Source: a virus (taxonomy: Duplodnaviria > Caudoviricetes). Taken from it: DNA of 64,000 nucleotides. A program made the position numbers and the translations under genes. The notes under the pieces are model-generated. The model had not been told where the DNA came from. It saw nothing but the letters and a program-made list of their open reading frames with translations, and did no database searches. The stretch lies in the IMG/VR virus record IMGVR_UViG_3300030376_001752, positions 4,118-68,117 of that record; one strand, given 5' to 3'. This document shows positions 9,523 through 20,500 of the stretch, piece by piece. Numbering within the stretch: position 1 is the first letter of the stretch; the number at the start of each line of letters is the position of its first letter.

Positions 9523-11586
9523 ATGGCTTTAGCAAATTGTACAATAGATTCTAAAACAATAACCATATCAGCTGGGACTACAAACATAGCTACTCAGGTG
9601 TTGACAATTACACCTGATAATAACTTTACTGTATCAGCTGCTGATTTTACAAACAACACTGCATCTAATTCAGCTATTCAAAGTATTACTTTAACAAATA
9701 GCAGTACTCCTCATGCAGCTGGAAATACTGTATTGGTAACTGTTGATCTAGTTAACTCGTACGCAATGCCTAATACAAGCACTACAATAACTATAGATAT
9801 TGATGGTAAAGCTCTTTACTATGGTGAAAGACCTATAACTTTAGCTGGTACATGGGATGCTAGTGTTGGATCAAACATATCTCCTTCTAGTTCCAACGGC
9901 AATGTATACAGTGCTACAGGTTCTTTAGGCACTACGCACACTTTGTTTTCTGTAACATTTACTTGTGCTTCTGGTTTCTTTTTTGATAATGCTAATCCTT
10001 TTTCAGCGTATTTAACAACTGGAGATTATGCAAATTATTCTTTTAGTCAGACTAATACTATGACAGGTATAAATGGTGTTACTTACCACACGGCTGTTAG
10101 GTTTGATGTTGATGGTATAATACCAAACGCAGATGTAAGTGGTGATAATATTGATTTTACATTTGCTAATGCAGTGGCGATACCTAGTGTAGGTAATGAA
10201 ATAACTTCTTACTCTATGGATGTTAGTACAATACCACAAACAGGTGTTACTAGAACAGTAAGAGTTTATGGTACTGTTGGAGCTACATTTACAATTACAG
10301 CTACTAATGAAGACACGCATTATTACAACTTTCCTTCAGATACTTTTAATCCTAGTCCTCCTGTAAATTCTGGAACTATAACTATTGGATCAGAAGGTTA
10401 TGCGGAAGAAACGATAATATTCCCTAGTGTTACTGATGATGATTTATATACAATTGCAATTAATAAAGTTGGAACAACACAAGATAATATATCACAAACA
10501 GAACCTTTTCAAATAACTCAGCTTACTGATAAAAGCATTACGTTTTCTACTAACTCAGCTTCTGGGCGTAGTTATACTAGCAATCCTTCACAAGCATATA
10601 CAAATCCTGTAGGAGACATTGAGACAAGTAATCAACATAAGTTGTTTAATTTAGTATTGACTGATAATGAAAACATGGTTTTAAGAAGAGCTCCGTTAAC
10701 AACAGACTTTGTTAAAACAAATATAGTTAGTCCAGGTGGTGGTAATAATAGTTATGTACTATTAAAATCGATAACATCAAACCCACCATACTCAAACAAT
10801 ATGACACCTGTTCAATCTATAACTTTAACATGTGATAACTATTTATATAGTCAAGGCGCTTTAAACGCTACGGCTATATTAGCTTTGGATAATTTCATAA
10901 ATATTCCTCCTGTTGCTAGCAACGTTGGTACTGTTTCTGTTTTACATAACACAGCAAAAACAATACCTCTTGCCGCTACAGATGCTAATGGAGACTCGCT
11001 AACGTATAGTGTTGTTTCTAATTCGCTTAAAGGATCTGTTTCTATAAGTAGTAATGTAGCTACGTTTACACCAAACAACGGTGCTTCTGGTATGACAACT
11101 TTTACCTACAAAGCAAATGATTCGTTCCAAGACAGTAACACGGCCACAGTAACATTATCAATAGCTGGTAGTGGTCAAGTAATAAGTCTTAATGACACTT
11201 GGTGGTGGAATGATTCAACACAGAATAACACATACACAGGTATTGCATCTGCTACTAACCAAGGAAGTTTATCAACAAGTGGTTTCACTGTAGGTGCAAC
11301 CTCGTTTACAGCCTCAGTTTCTAACTGGAATTTATCAAACTCTTTAGCTGGTTTACCAAGTTATATAGATCATAGTGGAGACTTTACTGTTAACTTTATA
11401 TTTAAAAATGCAAATGGTACAACATTAGATAGTGACACTATTAGTATTGACCAATTCAATGGAACATTTAATAGTAGTGGTTCAACACTACATATACCAT
11501 CGTTTACAATAACACCTGGTGAGTCCTTAACCGCTCAAGCTTATCAGTTGCAAATTAGAGTGAGATATGCTAACGTATTACAATAA
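9523..11586 (+). CDS. Virion protein with Ig-like/cadherin-like domain
   Basis: 687 aa, Thr/Ser/Asn-rich; 'ATDANGDSLTYS...TFTP...TFTYKAND' is a typical bacterial Ig-like (Big_9-type) motif. Confidence 0.65.
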   Translation: MALANCTIDSKTITISAGTTNIATQVLTITPDNNFTVSAADFTNNTASNSAIQSITLTNSSTPHAAGNTVLVTVDLVNSYAMPNTSTTITIDIDGKALYYGERPITLAGTWDASVGSNISPSSSNGNVYSATGSLGTTHTLFSVTFTCASGFFFDNANPFSAYLTTGDYANYSFSQTNTMTGINGVTYHTAVRFDVDGIIPNADVSGDNIDFTFANAVAIPSVGNEITSYSMDVSTIPQTGVTRTVRVYGTVGATFTITATNEDTHYYNFPSDTFNPSPPVNSGTITIGSEGYAEETIIFPSVTDDDLYTIAINKVGTTQDNISQTEPFQITQLTDKSITFSTNSASGRSYTSNPSQAYTNPVGDIETSNQHKLFNLVLTDNENMVLRRAPLTTDFVKTNIVSPGGGNNSYVLLKSITSNPPYSNNMTPVQSITLTCDNYLYSQGALNATAILALDNFINIPPVASNVGTVSVLHNTAKTIPLAATDANGDSLTYSVVSNSLKGSVSISSNVATFTPNNGASGMTTFTYKANDSFQDSNTATVTLSIAGSGQVISLNDTWWWNDSTQNNTYTGIASATNQGSLSTSGFTVGATSFTASVSNWNLSNSLAGLPSYIDHSGDFTVNFIFKNANGTTLDSDTISIDQFNGTFNSSGSTLHIPSFTITPGESLTAQAYQLQIRVRYANVLQ

Positions 11587-11589
11587 GAT

Positions 11590-11952
11590 ATGCCTATAAC
11601 AATTACATTTCCAAATCCAATAAACGTTTCTGTGCAAGTAGGAGACGGTGTTTATTACACAAATACATCAACGGCTGGTGGTTTTACACATGATAATAGT
11701 GTTAGTGGTGGAACAGGTCTTGTGTATATGGGACCTTGTACAGCTGTAACCGCAACAACTTTAACATGTGAAATATCTAATTCTACTCCAAGACCTACTA
11801 GTAGTAGCTTTATTTGTTTTGCTAAAGACACTAGATTAAATAGATCTGGTTTAACAGGTTATTTTGCAGAGGTTGAAATGAGAAATGATGACTATGTTAA
11901 TCCTTCTGAGATGTTTATGGTTAGCTCTGAGGTGGTAGAAAGTAGTAAATAA
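11590..11952 (+). CDS. Hypothetical structural protein
   Basis: 120-aa ORF tightly coupled to the upstream gene. Confidence 0.65.
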   Translation: MPITITFPNPINVSVQVGDGVYYTNTSTAGGFTHDNSVSGGTGLVYMGPCTAVTATTLTCEISNSTPRPTSSSFICFAKDTRLNRSGLTGYFAEVEMRNDDYVNPSEMFMVSSEVVESSK

Positions 11953-11964
11953 CACTGAAAAAGT

Positions 11965-11975
11965 GTAACTATATA
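11965..11975 (+). promoter_or_regulatory. Candidate middle/late promoter motif GTAACTATATA
   Basis: One of five intergenic GTAAYWATAT(A/G) copies shortly upstream of an ATG. Confidence 0.5.
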
Positions 11976-11991
11976 TCTATAATTAAATTAA

Positions 11992-12588
11992 ATGGATATA
12001 GAAGATATAAATAAACAAGTTGAAGAATCTCCTTTAACAAAAGAAGAAGCTAAAGAGCAGTTTGTAGAGATGACAGAACAACTAGGTTTAGATCACAGTT
12101 ATAACTTTGATGAAGCTTGGGAGATAGGTCAAGAGTTAAGAAGAAGACAAGACTTTAGAAACACTATAGTTGAGTTTGAAGAAACTGTAAGAGAAAAAGG
12201 TGGTTGGTTATCTGAAGAAGATACAAAAAAATTAAACCCAGTAAAACATAGTTTTGCTGATGGTTGTTATATAAGGGAGATATTCAATCCCGCTGGTGAA
12301 TTGTTAGTTACCAAGATTCATAAAAAAGAACATCCGTTTTTTCTTATGAAAGGTAAAATGTCAATACTAACTGAAGAAGGTGTTAAGCATATAGAAGCAC
12401 CTCATCATGGTATAACACAACCAGGAACTAAAAGAATAATATACACGCATGAAGACTGTGTTTTTATTACAGTGCATGCGACAGATAAGACAGATATAGA
12501 AGAGATAGAAAAAGAAGTAATTGCTGAGAACTTTGAAGACCCAGCAATAAGCTTGGAAGACATTAATAAATTAAAACTAAAATTATGA
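11992..12588 (+). CDS. Cupin-fold protein
   Basis: 'HSFADGCYIREIF..GELLVTKIHKKEHPFFLMKGKMSI' and 'FITVH' match the His-containing cupin beta-barrel pattern. Confidence 0.65.
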   Translation: MDIEDINKQVEESPLTKEEAKEQFVEMTEQLGLDHSYNFDEAWEIGQELRRRQDFRNTIVEFEETVREKGGWLSEEDTKKLNPVKHSFADGCYIREIFNPAGELLVTKIHKKEHPFFLMKGKMSILTEEGVKHIEAPHHGITQPGTKRIIYTHEDCVFITVHATDKTDIEEIEKEVIAENFEDPAISLEDINKLKLKL

Positions 12589-13232
12589 GTTTTGTAACCG
12601 CAGCAGCCATAGCAGGAGGAGTAAAAGGTGTAACAAGCATTGCCTCCGGACTTATTGGTAGTAAAAAAAGAAAAGAAGAGCAACGTAATGCTCAGAACGA
12701 GTTTAATAGAAATAAGGCAGCTTATGAAAACCTAGACACGTCTAATCCATATGCTAACATGGAGAATACCATGGAAGACCTAACTGTTAATACACAGCAG
12801 GCAGATATGCAAATGCAACAGAATAATCAAAACTTGTCTAATATTATGGGTAACATGAACGCCGCTGCGGGTGGTTCTGGTATCGCTGGTTTAGCACAGG
12901 CAATGGCAAATCAACAAGCTCAAAATACTCAAGCAGCTTCTGCTAGTATTGGTATGCAAGAAGCAGCTAATCAAAAAGCAGCAGCTAGTATGGCTGGTAG
13001 ACTACAGTCTCAAGAAAGACAAGGAGATATGATGAGTAGAAGAATGGAAAAAGATAAAGTAGAGACAATGTTCGGTATGTCTCAGAATAGATTAAAAGAC
13101 GCTAACGCAGCTATCGATCAACAAAATGCTGCTATCATGGGTGGAGTTGGAAACTTAGGTGGTGTATTTATGAATGACCTAGGTAGTGTAGCTAACGCCG
13201 GCGGTGGAGGTGGGGGCCCAGTCGTTCCTTAA
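12585..13232 (+). CDS. Putative internal virion / ejection (pilot) protein
   Basis: Gly/Ala hydrophobic ends with a Gln/Asn/Met-rich coiled coil, typical of podovirus ejection proteins. Confidence 0.6.
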   Translation: MSFVTAAAIAGGVKGVTSIASGLIGSKKRKEEQRNAQNEFNRNKAAYENLDTSNPYANMENTMEDLTVNTQQADMQMQQNNQNLSNIMGNMNAAAGGSGIAGLAQAMANQQAQNTQAASASIGMQEAANQKAAASMAGRLQSQERQGDMMSRRMEKDKVETMFGMSQNRLKDANAAIDQQNAAIMGGVGNLGGVFMNDLGSVANAGGGGGGPVVP

Positions 13233-13249
13233 ATAAAAAATAAATAATT

Positions 13250-14530
13250 ATGGCATACACAGGTTACGAAAGATATGATTACGATAATAGATACGACCGC
13301 ATAGCAGCGGATCAACGTAGACGTAAAATAGACGAAAACGTTAGGCAAGATAAACTTGACTATAGAAAACAAAGAAGACTAAATAAAGCAAAGGTAGAAA
13401 AGTTTATTAACGATATGCCTGATGGTAGTGATATTACTGGTTTACCGTCAAAATACTCTACAGCACTAAACACGTTTTTAGAAAACGGTAAAGATAAGTA
13501 TTACGAACATGCTAAAGAAATAATGAAGTACGAGCCTGGTAGCGAAGGTTATAGGTATCATAAAGATGGTATGACTGCAGTTAAAAACGCTTACAAAACA
13601 GCAAAAGCACAAACTGATTTATTTGGTTCTAATAAAGTTGATTTAGGCACTGATATATCTACTAATACTTTTTCAAAAGGTAACGACGTAAACGAAATGA
13701 ACTTGTTAACATCTGTATACACTGATGAGTACGATATGGTTTTTAATGATGATGGTACTATTGGTTTTGATGATGGTGCAGGAAATATTACAAACTTTAA
13801 CGATTTACCTGATTACTTTAACAAAGACTTTAAAACAAGTGACGCAATACAGAAAATGGGTGTTGACTTATATAAATCAGGTATGCCTTTAAACAATGCT
13901 ACTAGACAAATGTATAGGTATAACTTAAGGAGTATGATAGAGCAAGGTGGTACTGAGACTTTATATTCTTTAGCTATGGACGACTTTTTTAATCAAGGTG
14001 GTCTTGGTATTCCTGAATCTGTGTTAAAAGATCCTAACAGAAGAGATGAGGTTGAAGAGATGGTTATAGACAGTTATATGAAAGTATTAGAGTCTCAAGC
14101 TAACGCAGGAAGTGTGTATAGCAAAAAAACCTCAAAAAAGGGTGGTAAATCCCACAGAACTTCTGATAACAAGCATTATTATGACGAAGGTACTGATAGG
14201 CCTTATACTAGGCAAATGCCAATAGATCCACGTGGTTATATAATAAGAACTTATGACGATGGTGGTATAGAGTATCATTATCAAGATGGTAGTGGTAAAA
14301 TAGAAGTTATACAAAAAGCAGGAGGAGCACCAAACACATCAACAAACACATCGACAAACACATCAACAAATACATCTGCTCCAAACGAAATAAATTTAAG
14401 CGAAGTAGAAGTAAAAAGAATAGAAGACCTTTATAAATTATATCCTAATTTTGAAGGAGACGCCCAAGCGTTAGTTAAAAAAGCCACAGCAGATGGGGTG
14501 GACTTGTCAATCTTAATGGGTAGAGACTAA
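13250..14530 (+). CDS. Putative internal virion / ejection protein
   Basis: 426 aa between the pilot-like gene and the giant gene. Confidence 0.55.
   Translation: MAYTGYERYDYDNRYDRIAADQRRRKIDENVRQDKLDYRKQRRLNKAKVEKFINDMPDGSDITGLPSKYSTALNTFLENGKDKYYEHAKEIMKYEPGSEGYRYHKDGMTAVKNAYKTAKAQTDLFGSNKVDLGTDISTNTFSKGNDVNEMNLLTSVYTDEYDMVFNDDGTIGFDDGAGNITNFNDLPDYFNKDFKTSDAIQKMGVDLYKSGMPLNNATRQMYRYNLRSMIEQGGTETLYSLAMDDFFNQGGLGIPESVLKDPNRRDEVEEMVIDSYMKVLESQANAGSVYSKKTSKKGGKSHRTSDNKHYYDEGTDRPYTRQMPIDPRGYIIRTYDDGGIEYHYQDGSGKIEVIQKAGGAPNTSTNTSTNTSTNTSAPNEINLSEVEVKRIEDLYKLYPNFEGDAQALVKKATADGVDLSILMGRD
14332..14377 (+). repeat. 12-bp tandem repeat encoding NTST x4
   Basis: aaacacatcaac / aaacacatcgac / aaacacatcaac / aaatacatct. 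Confidence 0.8.
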
Positions 14531-14552
14531 AACAATAACAAGCAATAATAGA

Positions 14553-17500
14553 ATGGGATATTTCAATAGAAAATATTATAATACAGATAACGGTATAATA
14601 GACATTAGTGAACTCGATGAAAACCAGCAAATAAAGTTTTTCGTAAATAATCCTAATGCTGTAGAAGCAACTGAGCTTGAAACTAGAGAAGCTGGGTTAA
14701 CTAGACCAAACTCTGAAATTGTTAGTGAAGAGAATAGATTGTCTAAAAAAATGGAACAAGAACAAGAAGAAAAGTTTTTGTATTTAAAGTATGGAACGCC
14801 TAGACAAGATGATATTGAAATTAAACCAAGAATGTATGTAGGTGGTAAAGGTGACGAGGTTTCTAGAGAAGATTTTAATAGCGATACAGAGTGGAAAGCT
14901 TATCAGGTATGGAACGGTGATTTGAAAAGAGAAGCTGTACCTTTAAAGACTCAGGTGTACCAAAGAGTTAGAACTAATGACTTAGATGTTGGTGTTCAGA
15001 CTAGTGACTATTATTACAATAGAGACAAAAAAACAGATTTTGTAGACACACATTATGATAGCAAATCTTTAGAAGAAGCCGGTATAGATGTTGCTAATTT
15101 TCAAGGTTACTTAGAAAGTTCAGGTTATAGAGACGAATTTGATGAATATATAAATGATAACTCTTTTGATGGAAACTGGATTTCAGGCCAAAAAGAGTTA
15201 GACATAGCAAAAAACCGTACGTTAAAAGGTTATTTAGAACGTTATTTACAAGACGAAAATAATAGATTTACCGAAAAAATGTTTGTTGATGATTACTATC
15301 ACAACCAAGATAAATATAAAGATTACAAAGATTATTTTGAAGCATATGAAGCGTTTAAGACAGAGCAGTTTGGAGCTAAGAACGGTGGTGGTACTGTGTT
15401 TGATTACGAAAAACTAAACGCATATTCCGATGTTAATTACAAGAATGTCAAAGATAGAGATGCTTTAAATAGAAGAAATTTTATAAAACATATCGATGAT
15501 GTAGAGCAGCAGGGAGACGTTGTTGGTGGTGGTGCCGGTGCTTTAGAATTTTTTACTAGTGCTATTGGTGGAGCTTGGAGTGGATTAGATGAGTTATCTA
15601 TAACACTAGCTGATTGGTTTTGGATGGACGGCGTTGCTAATAGACGTAGATTTATTGACCAAGAACAAGATCTAGGTGATGCAGAATCAAACGCACAGTA
15701 TATGCTTTTTAGAGGTAAAATAGGTGAGATTGATGGTGTTCAATACGGCGTGGGTGATGATGGTAGTGTATATAATATAACTGAAAACCGAAATGTAACA
15801 AACGCTTTAACAGTAAATGAGATTGAAGAAATAACACAAACAGCAGAAAAAGAGAACTGGGAAGATGGTTATGATTGGTCAGCGAGAGGAAGTAGTAATA
15901 TGTCTGGGCATGTTATTGGTAATGTTATTTTTCAAATATTCGGTACAAAAGGAGCTGGTTATTTAAGAAACGTTGCTTCGTTAAAATATTTAGCAGCCGC
16001 AAATGGTTTTAAAAACGTAGCTCAATATGAAAAATACTTAAGACAAATAAAACTAAACCCTGAAAGACTAAAACAGTTTGGTGCAGCTAACAAAGGAACA
16101 TTTGGTAAAAAACTACCTTTTGATCCTAGAATAGTAGACGCTACAACTTTTCAAACTTTTTACGGTGCTACTACTGGATATGAAAGAACATTAAACGCGG
16201 CAGTAAACGCTGGTATACCTCGTGACGAGGCAGAAAAATTAGCAAGAACTGCTTCTGGGCAAATGGCGTTATTGTATGGTGTTACAGGTCCTATAAATCC
16301 TAGATTAGGAGGAATGAAATGGCTTGATAAACAATACTCTAAAATCTTTGGTAATGCTCAGCTTAACAATGTAATTAAAGCTTATAAACAAGGAGGTTTA
16401 AAAGGTGCTAACGATCAAATAAAAAAAGGTATAAAAAGTTTTATACCTAACAACCCAGGACAAATGCACAAAGCATTTTGGAGCGAAGGTGCAAGAGAAG
16501 TTTTACAAGAAAACATACAGCAAGGTGGTGAGTTTTTATTGGTTAACAGAAGTTTAAACGAGGCAGCTGGCCAAGAATTTTTAAAACAAGATTACACTTT
16601 AAGAGATTTTATAGAAACATCTGTTCTTTCTTTAGCTGCAGGTGGTTTAGTTGGTGGTTTTAGTTCAGCAAGCACAAGCACTATTAATAGTAAAAAAGCT
16701 CAGCTACAAGATATGTGGTCGTTGTCTAATAACATGAAGCAAACCAAAGAGTTATTAGGAGGAGCTGTAGAGAATGACATGTTAACTCAAGAAGAAGCAG
16801 ATGATCTTTATAAGTCTATACAGTCTATTGGTAAAGCTAAGCTACCTGCTTGGATGATAAACACTCCTGAAGAATATATTGAAGCTGCTAACGTACAAAA
16901 CGCGTTGGAAGTTTTAAAAAGAAAATCAAAGAAATCAGGTGATGAATCATCTAATAAAGATCAAATAGCAGCGCTAGAGAACAACTTAAAAGACATTGTT
17001 AAAAAAGCAGCGTCAGCTGAAATCAATAAAGAAATAGATTTTGTAGGTAAGATAGTTGGTAAGAAAAACATAAAAGTTTTTAATACGCCTGAAGAAATAA
17101 AAAAAGCTGGTTTTAGCTCTGAAATGTTTACAGATGGTTGGTTTGAATCAAACGGGGTTATATATATAAACAAAGAAATGGCTGCAGCAAACCAAGCTGT
17201 TAGTGTAGCTTCTCATGAGCTGTTACATAAAATATTAAAAGCTGAGTTTAAAGGTAATCCAGAAATACAAAAAGTTGTAAACGAGTTTAAAGAAATACTA
17301 AAAGAAAAAGGCGTGTGGAGCGCTATAGAAAGAAGAGAGGCTTTGTATAAAGCTGATGGTAGAGCTGATTTAGATGGTGTAGATGCTGATGAGTATTTGA
17401 CAATGTTCTCTGATGCACTAGCTAAAAATGAAATACCTTTTGAAGCATTAGAAGAAGCACAGTGGAAACAAATAGGTAGATCTATAATGACCGCTTTAAA

Positions 17501-20500
17501 AAAGAAACTTCCTAAAGCTTTAGGTGGACAAACAACAGAGTTTGCTACTGGTAGACAAGTATATGACTTTATATTAGATTATCACAAAAACATAAAGAAA
17601 GGTAGAATATCTAACCAAGCACAAAGAATGCTTGACATGTTTGAACCTGATGAGTTACAGAAAGATGATAAAGGTAATACTATAAATAGAAAAAGATCTA
17701 TTAATATAGAAAAAGAATCTAATCAAGAAATACTTAACCAACTTCCTAATGGTTTTAACGAGGCAACAGGTCAACAAGAAACTGAATTTATAAAAAGCAA
17801 ACAGTTTCAAGCTGCAAAAGCATTGATTGATAACGGCGCTTTTGATAGATTAATAGGTGCTAAGTTAGCAAGTGGTAGTAATATATTTGGAAGACCTAGA
17901 GAAGAGGTTATGGAAGAGATACGTGCTCAACTTGTAAGGCACTTAGAAAACTTTAACCCAGCAAAAAACAAAGATCTATTTGCTTATTTAAACTCTTACA
18001 TAGGTAGAAAAGTAGGTACTGTTACAACTAGAATAAAAAAGAGAAGAGTAAGAACTACGCCTTTAACTAAAGACATTAAAGGTGAAACAGTTGAAACACA
18101 GATAGCTGATATGGCTCCTGATCCAGAACAACAAATGATACTTGCTGAGGAACAAGCGGCTGCACTTATTAAATCAACTGAGCTTAAAATGGGTAAGAAA
18201 CTAGACCCAGATACTGTAGCTAAAGTTAAAAAACTTATAGTACCTATAATTAGAGATATGGATGTAAAGCTAACAGCTGATAAATCTATAAACGCTAAGA
18301 ACTCACCAATGATAAAGTATTTAAAAAATGCTTTAAAGAACTCTTTAGTATATGACGCTATGATTGCTGAGCTTGGTAAAGGTGAAGTTACAAAACAAAA
18401 GATACTTGAGTTTAAACAAGATGTTTTAAAAAATGCTACTACAACTTGGCTGCAAGGTAAAACACAGAAAAATGGTACGGTTAATGGAGGTATACCACAA
18501 GCTATAGATAAAGTTATAAAACTACAAGACGGTAGTGAAGTTAGAGTATCTTATCCTGATTGGGTTGGAGAAAAAATAGCTATAGAAAAAATGGGTACTG
18601 ATAACGCTGGTAGAACCGCGGGTCATGCCTTAGTATTTAGAAGTGAGCAAGAAGTAAGTGATGAAGCTTACATGTCTCAGTTTTACAAAGATGGCAAGCT
18701 AATAAGAAATAGAAAAGAATCTTTAGCAGAAGAAATGGCTAAGGAAATAGGTATAGAAATAATACTTGACGAACTTGTTAATAATCCTAAAGGTGAAATA
18801 GCACAAGCATTTGAACAAAATCAATTAGCAAAAGGTGTTATGAATGCTGTGCAAAAAATTGGTGAAGTATTTGTACAAGCAGACAGATCAGGTATAAAAA
18901 GATCTTTATCAGCAAACAAAGAAGTTGCTATCGCTAGATTTGAAAGACTAGCTATATTAGGTTACGAAGGTAACTTTAAATCTTTAGCAATGGAAAAAGA
19001 AATGCTGAGAGGAACTCCTTACGAGTTTGTTATAAAAATATATGAAGAAAACTTTGCACTTGATGCTGAAGCTTTAACTGGTTTTATTGATCCAATGAAA
19101 GCTTACGCTGAAACATTACCAGAAAGCGATCCTACCAAAAAATATATACAAGAGTTTTTAAACATGGATAAAGCTCAGAAAATAAAAGCTATAGCTAGTT
19201 TTTCAGAAGAATTAGCTAAAGTTATACCACCTGAGTTGTTTAAACTACCTAATCTTGGTTACGACTTTTTAGGTGTATTTGATAGAGTTATAAAACCTAA
19301 TTCACCTGAAGGGGTTAAAATTAAAAAAGCAGCTGACAGTGATGTTGATGGTGAAGTCCCTGCTTGGATGGAAGATATACTACCTATATTCAGCACAGGT
19401 GGTATTGTAGGTTCTATAGTAAACAAAATACAAAACAAAACATTTGCTAGTAAAGAAGAAGCACAGCAAGAGTTTGATAAACTATATGCTGAGAAAATAG
19501 AAAAAGCAAACATTGCTAACATTAAACTCTTTAACTATATTGTAGACGCTGCTACTAAGGTTGTTGCTAAAAACCCTAAGCTTATGCCTGGTTATTTAGC
19601 TTTGTTCCAAAGTAACACGGGGGATATAATAAAAGGTATGAGAGCTTTTGGCGTATTGCAAGATGTAGAAATACATGCTGAGATACAAGCTCCTTTTATT
19701 AGTAAAGATGGTACTAAAGGTTATAAATCAATAGACGCTACAAATAGAAAAGCTTATGATGCTGGAGATATACAAATAAATTATAACCACCCTTTATTTG
19801 CTAGAGTAAAAAAATATGTTGACGATCAAATTGCTGAACTACAAGAAGAACTAGCAAACACAACAGCTCCTAAAAAGAGAGAGAAGTTATTAAAAAGAAT
19901 AAATAAAGACAGAGATGAATTATATAGAGCTCTACTAAGACCTTACACAGAACATAAAAACCCTGCTTCAAATAAATTTGGTGATATAGCAAGAGACCAA
20001 ATGGTGATACTTAGCAAGATAATAGGTAAAGGTTTGACAGATTCTCAAATAGATGTCGCTATAAACGCTTATCAACTGCACAACGGTAAGCTTGCAGATA
20101 TTATATCTGATTTTACAATGACTATAAACACTTCTGTTATATCAAAGATACAAGATGATATACATAGTAAGACGAGTAGTTTAGGAGATGCTAGAGTTTT
20201 TGCTATTGAAAATCAATACGTACAAAATTTATATCCTATAAAAGGACAGGTTCCAGCTTTAAAAAGAGCTGACAATGTTTTAAAAGCAGATGTTGATCAG
20301 TTTGTTAAGATAATGGAGCTGCAAAATGCTATCAACACATCTAATAGCACTAAAAGAAGTTTAAGCCCTAGAGGTATTAGTGTTTATGATTTTGACGACA
20401 CACTAGCTTTTAGTAAAAGTCAAATAATAGTAACAATGCCTAATGGTAAGGTGACTAGAATTACACCTGCTAAGTTTGCTACTGATGCAACTAAACTAGA

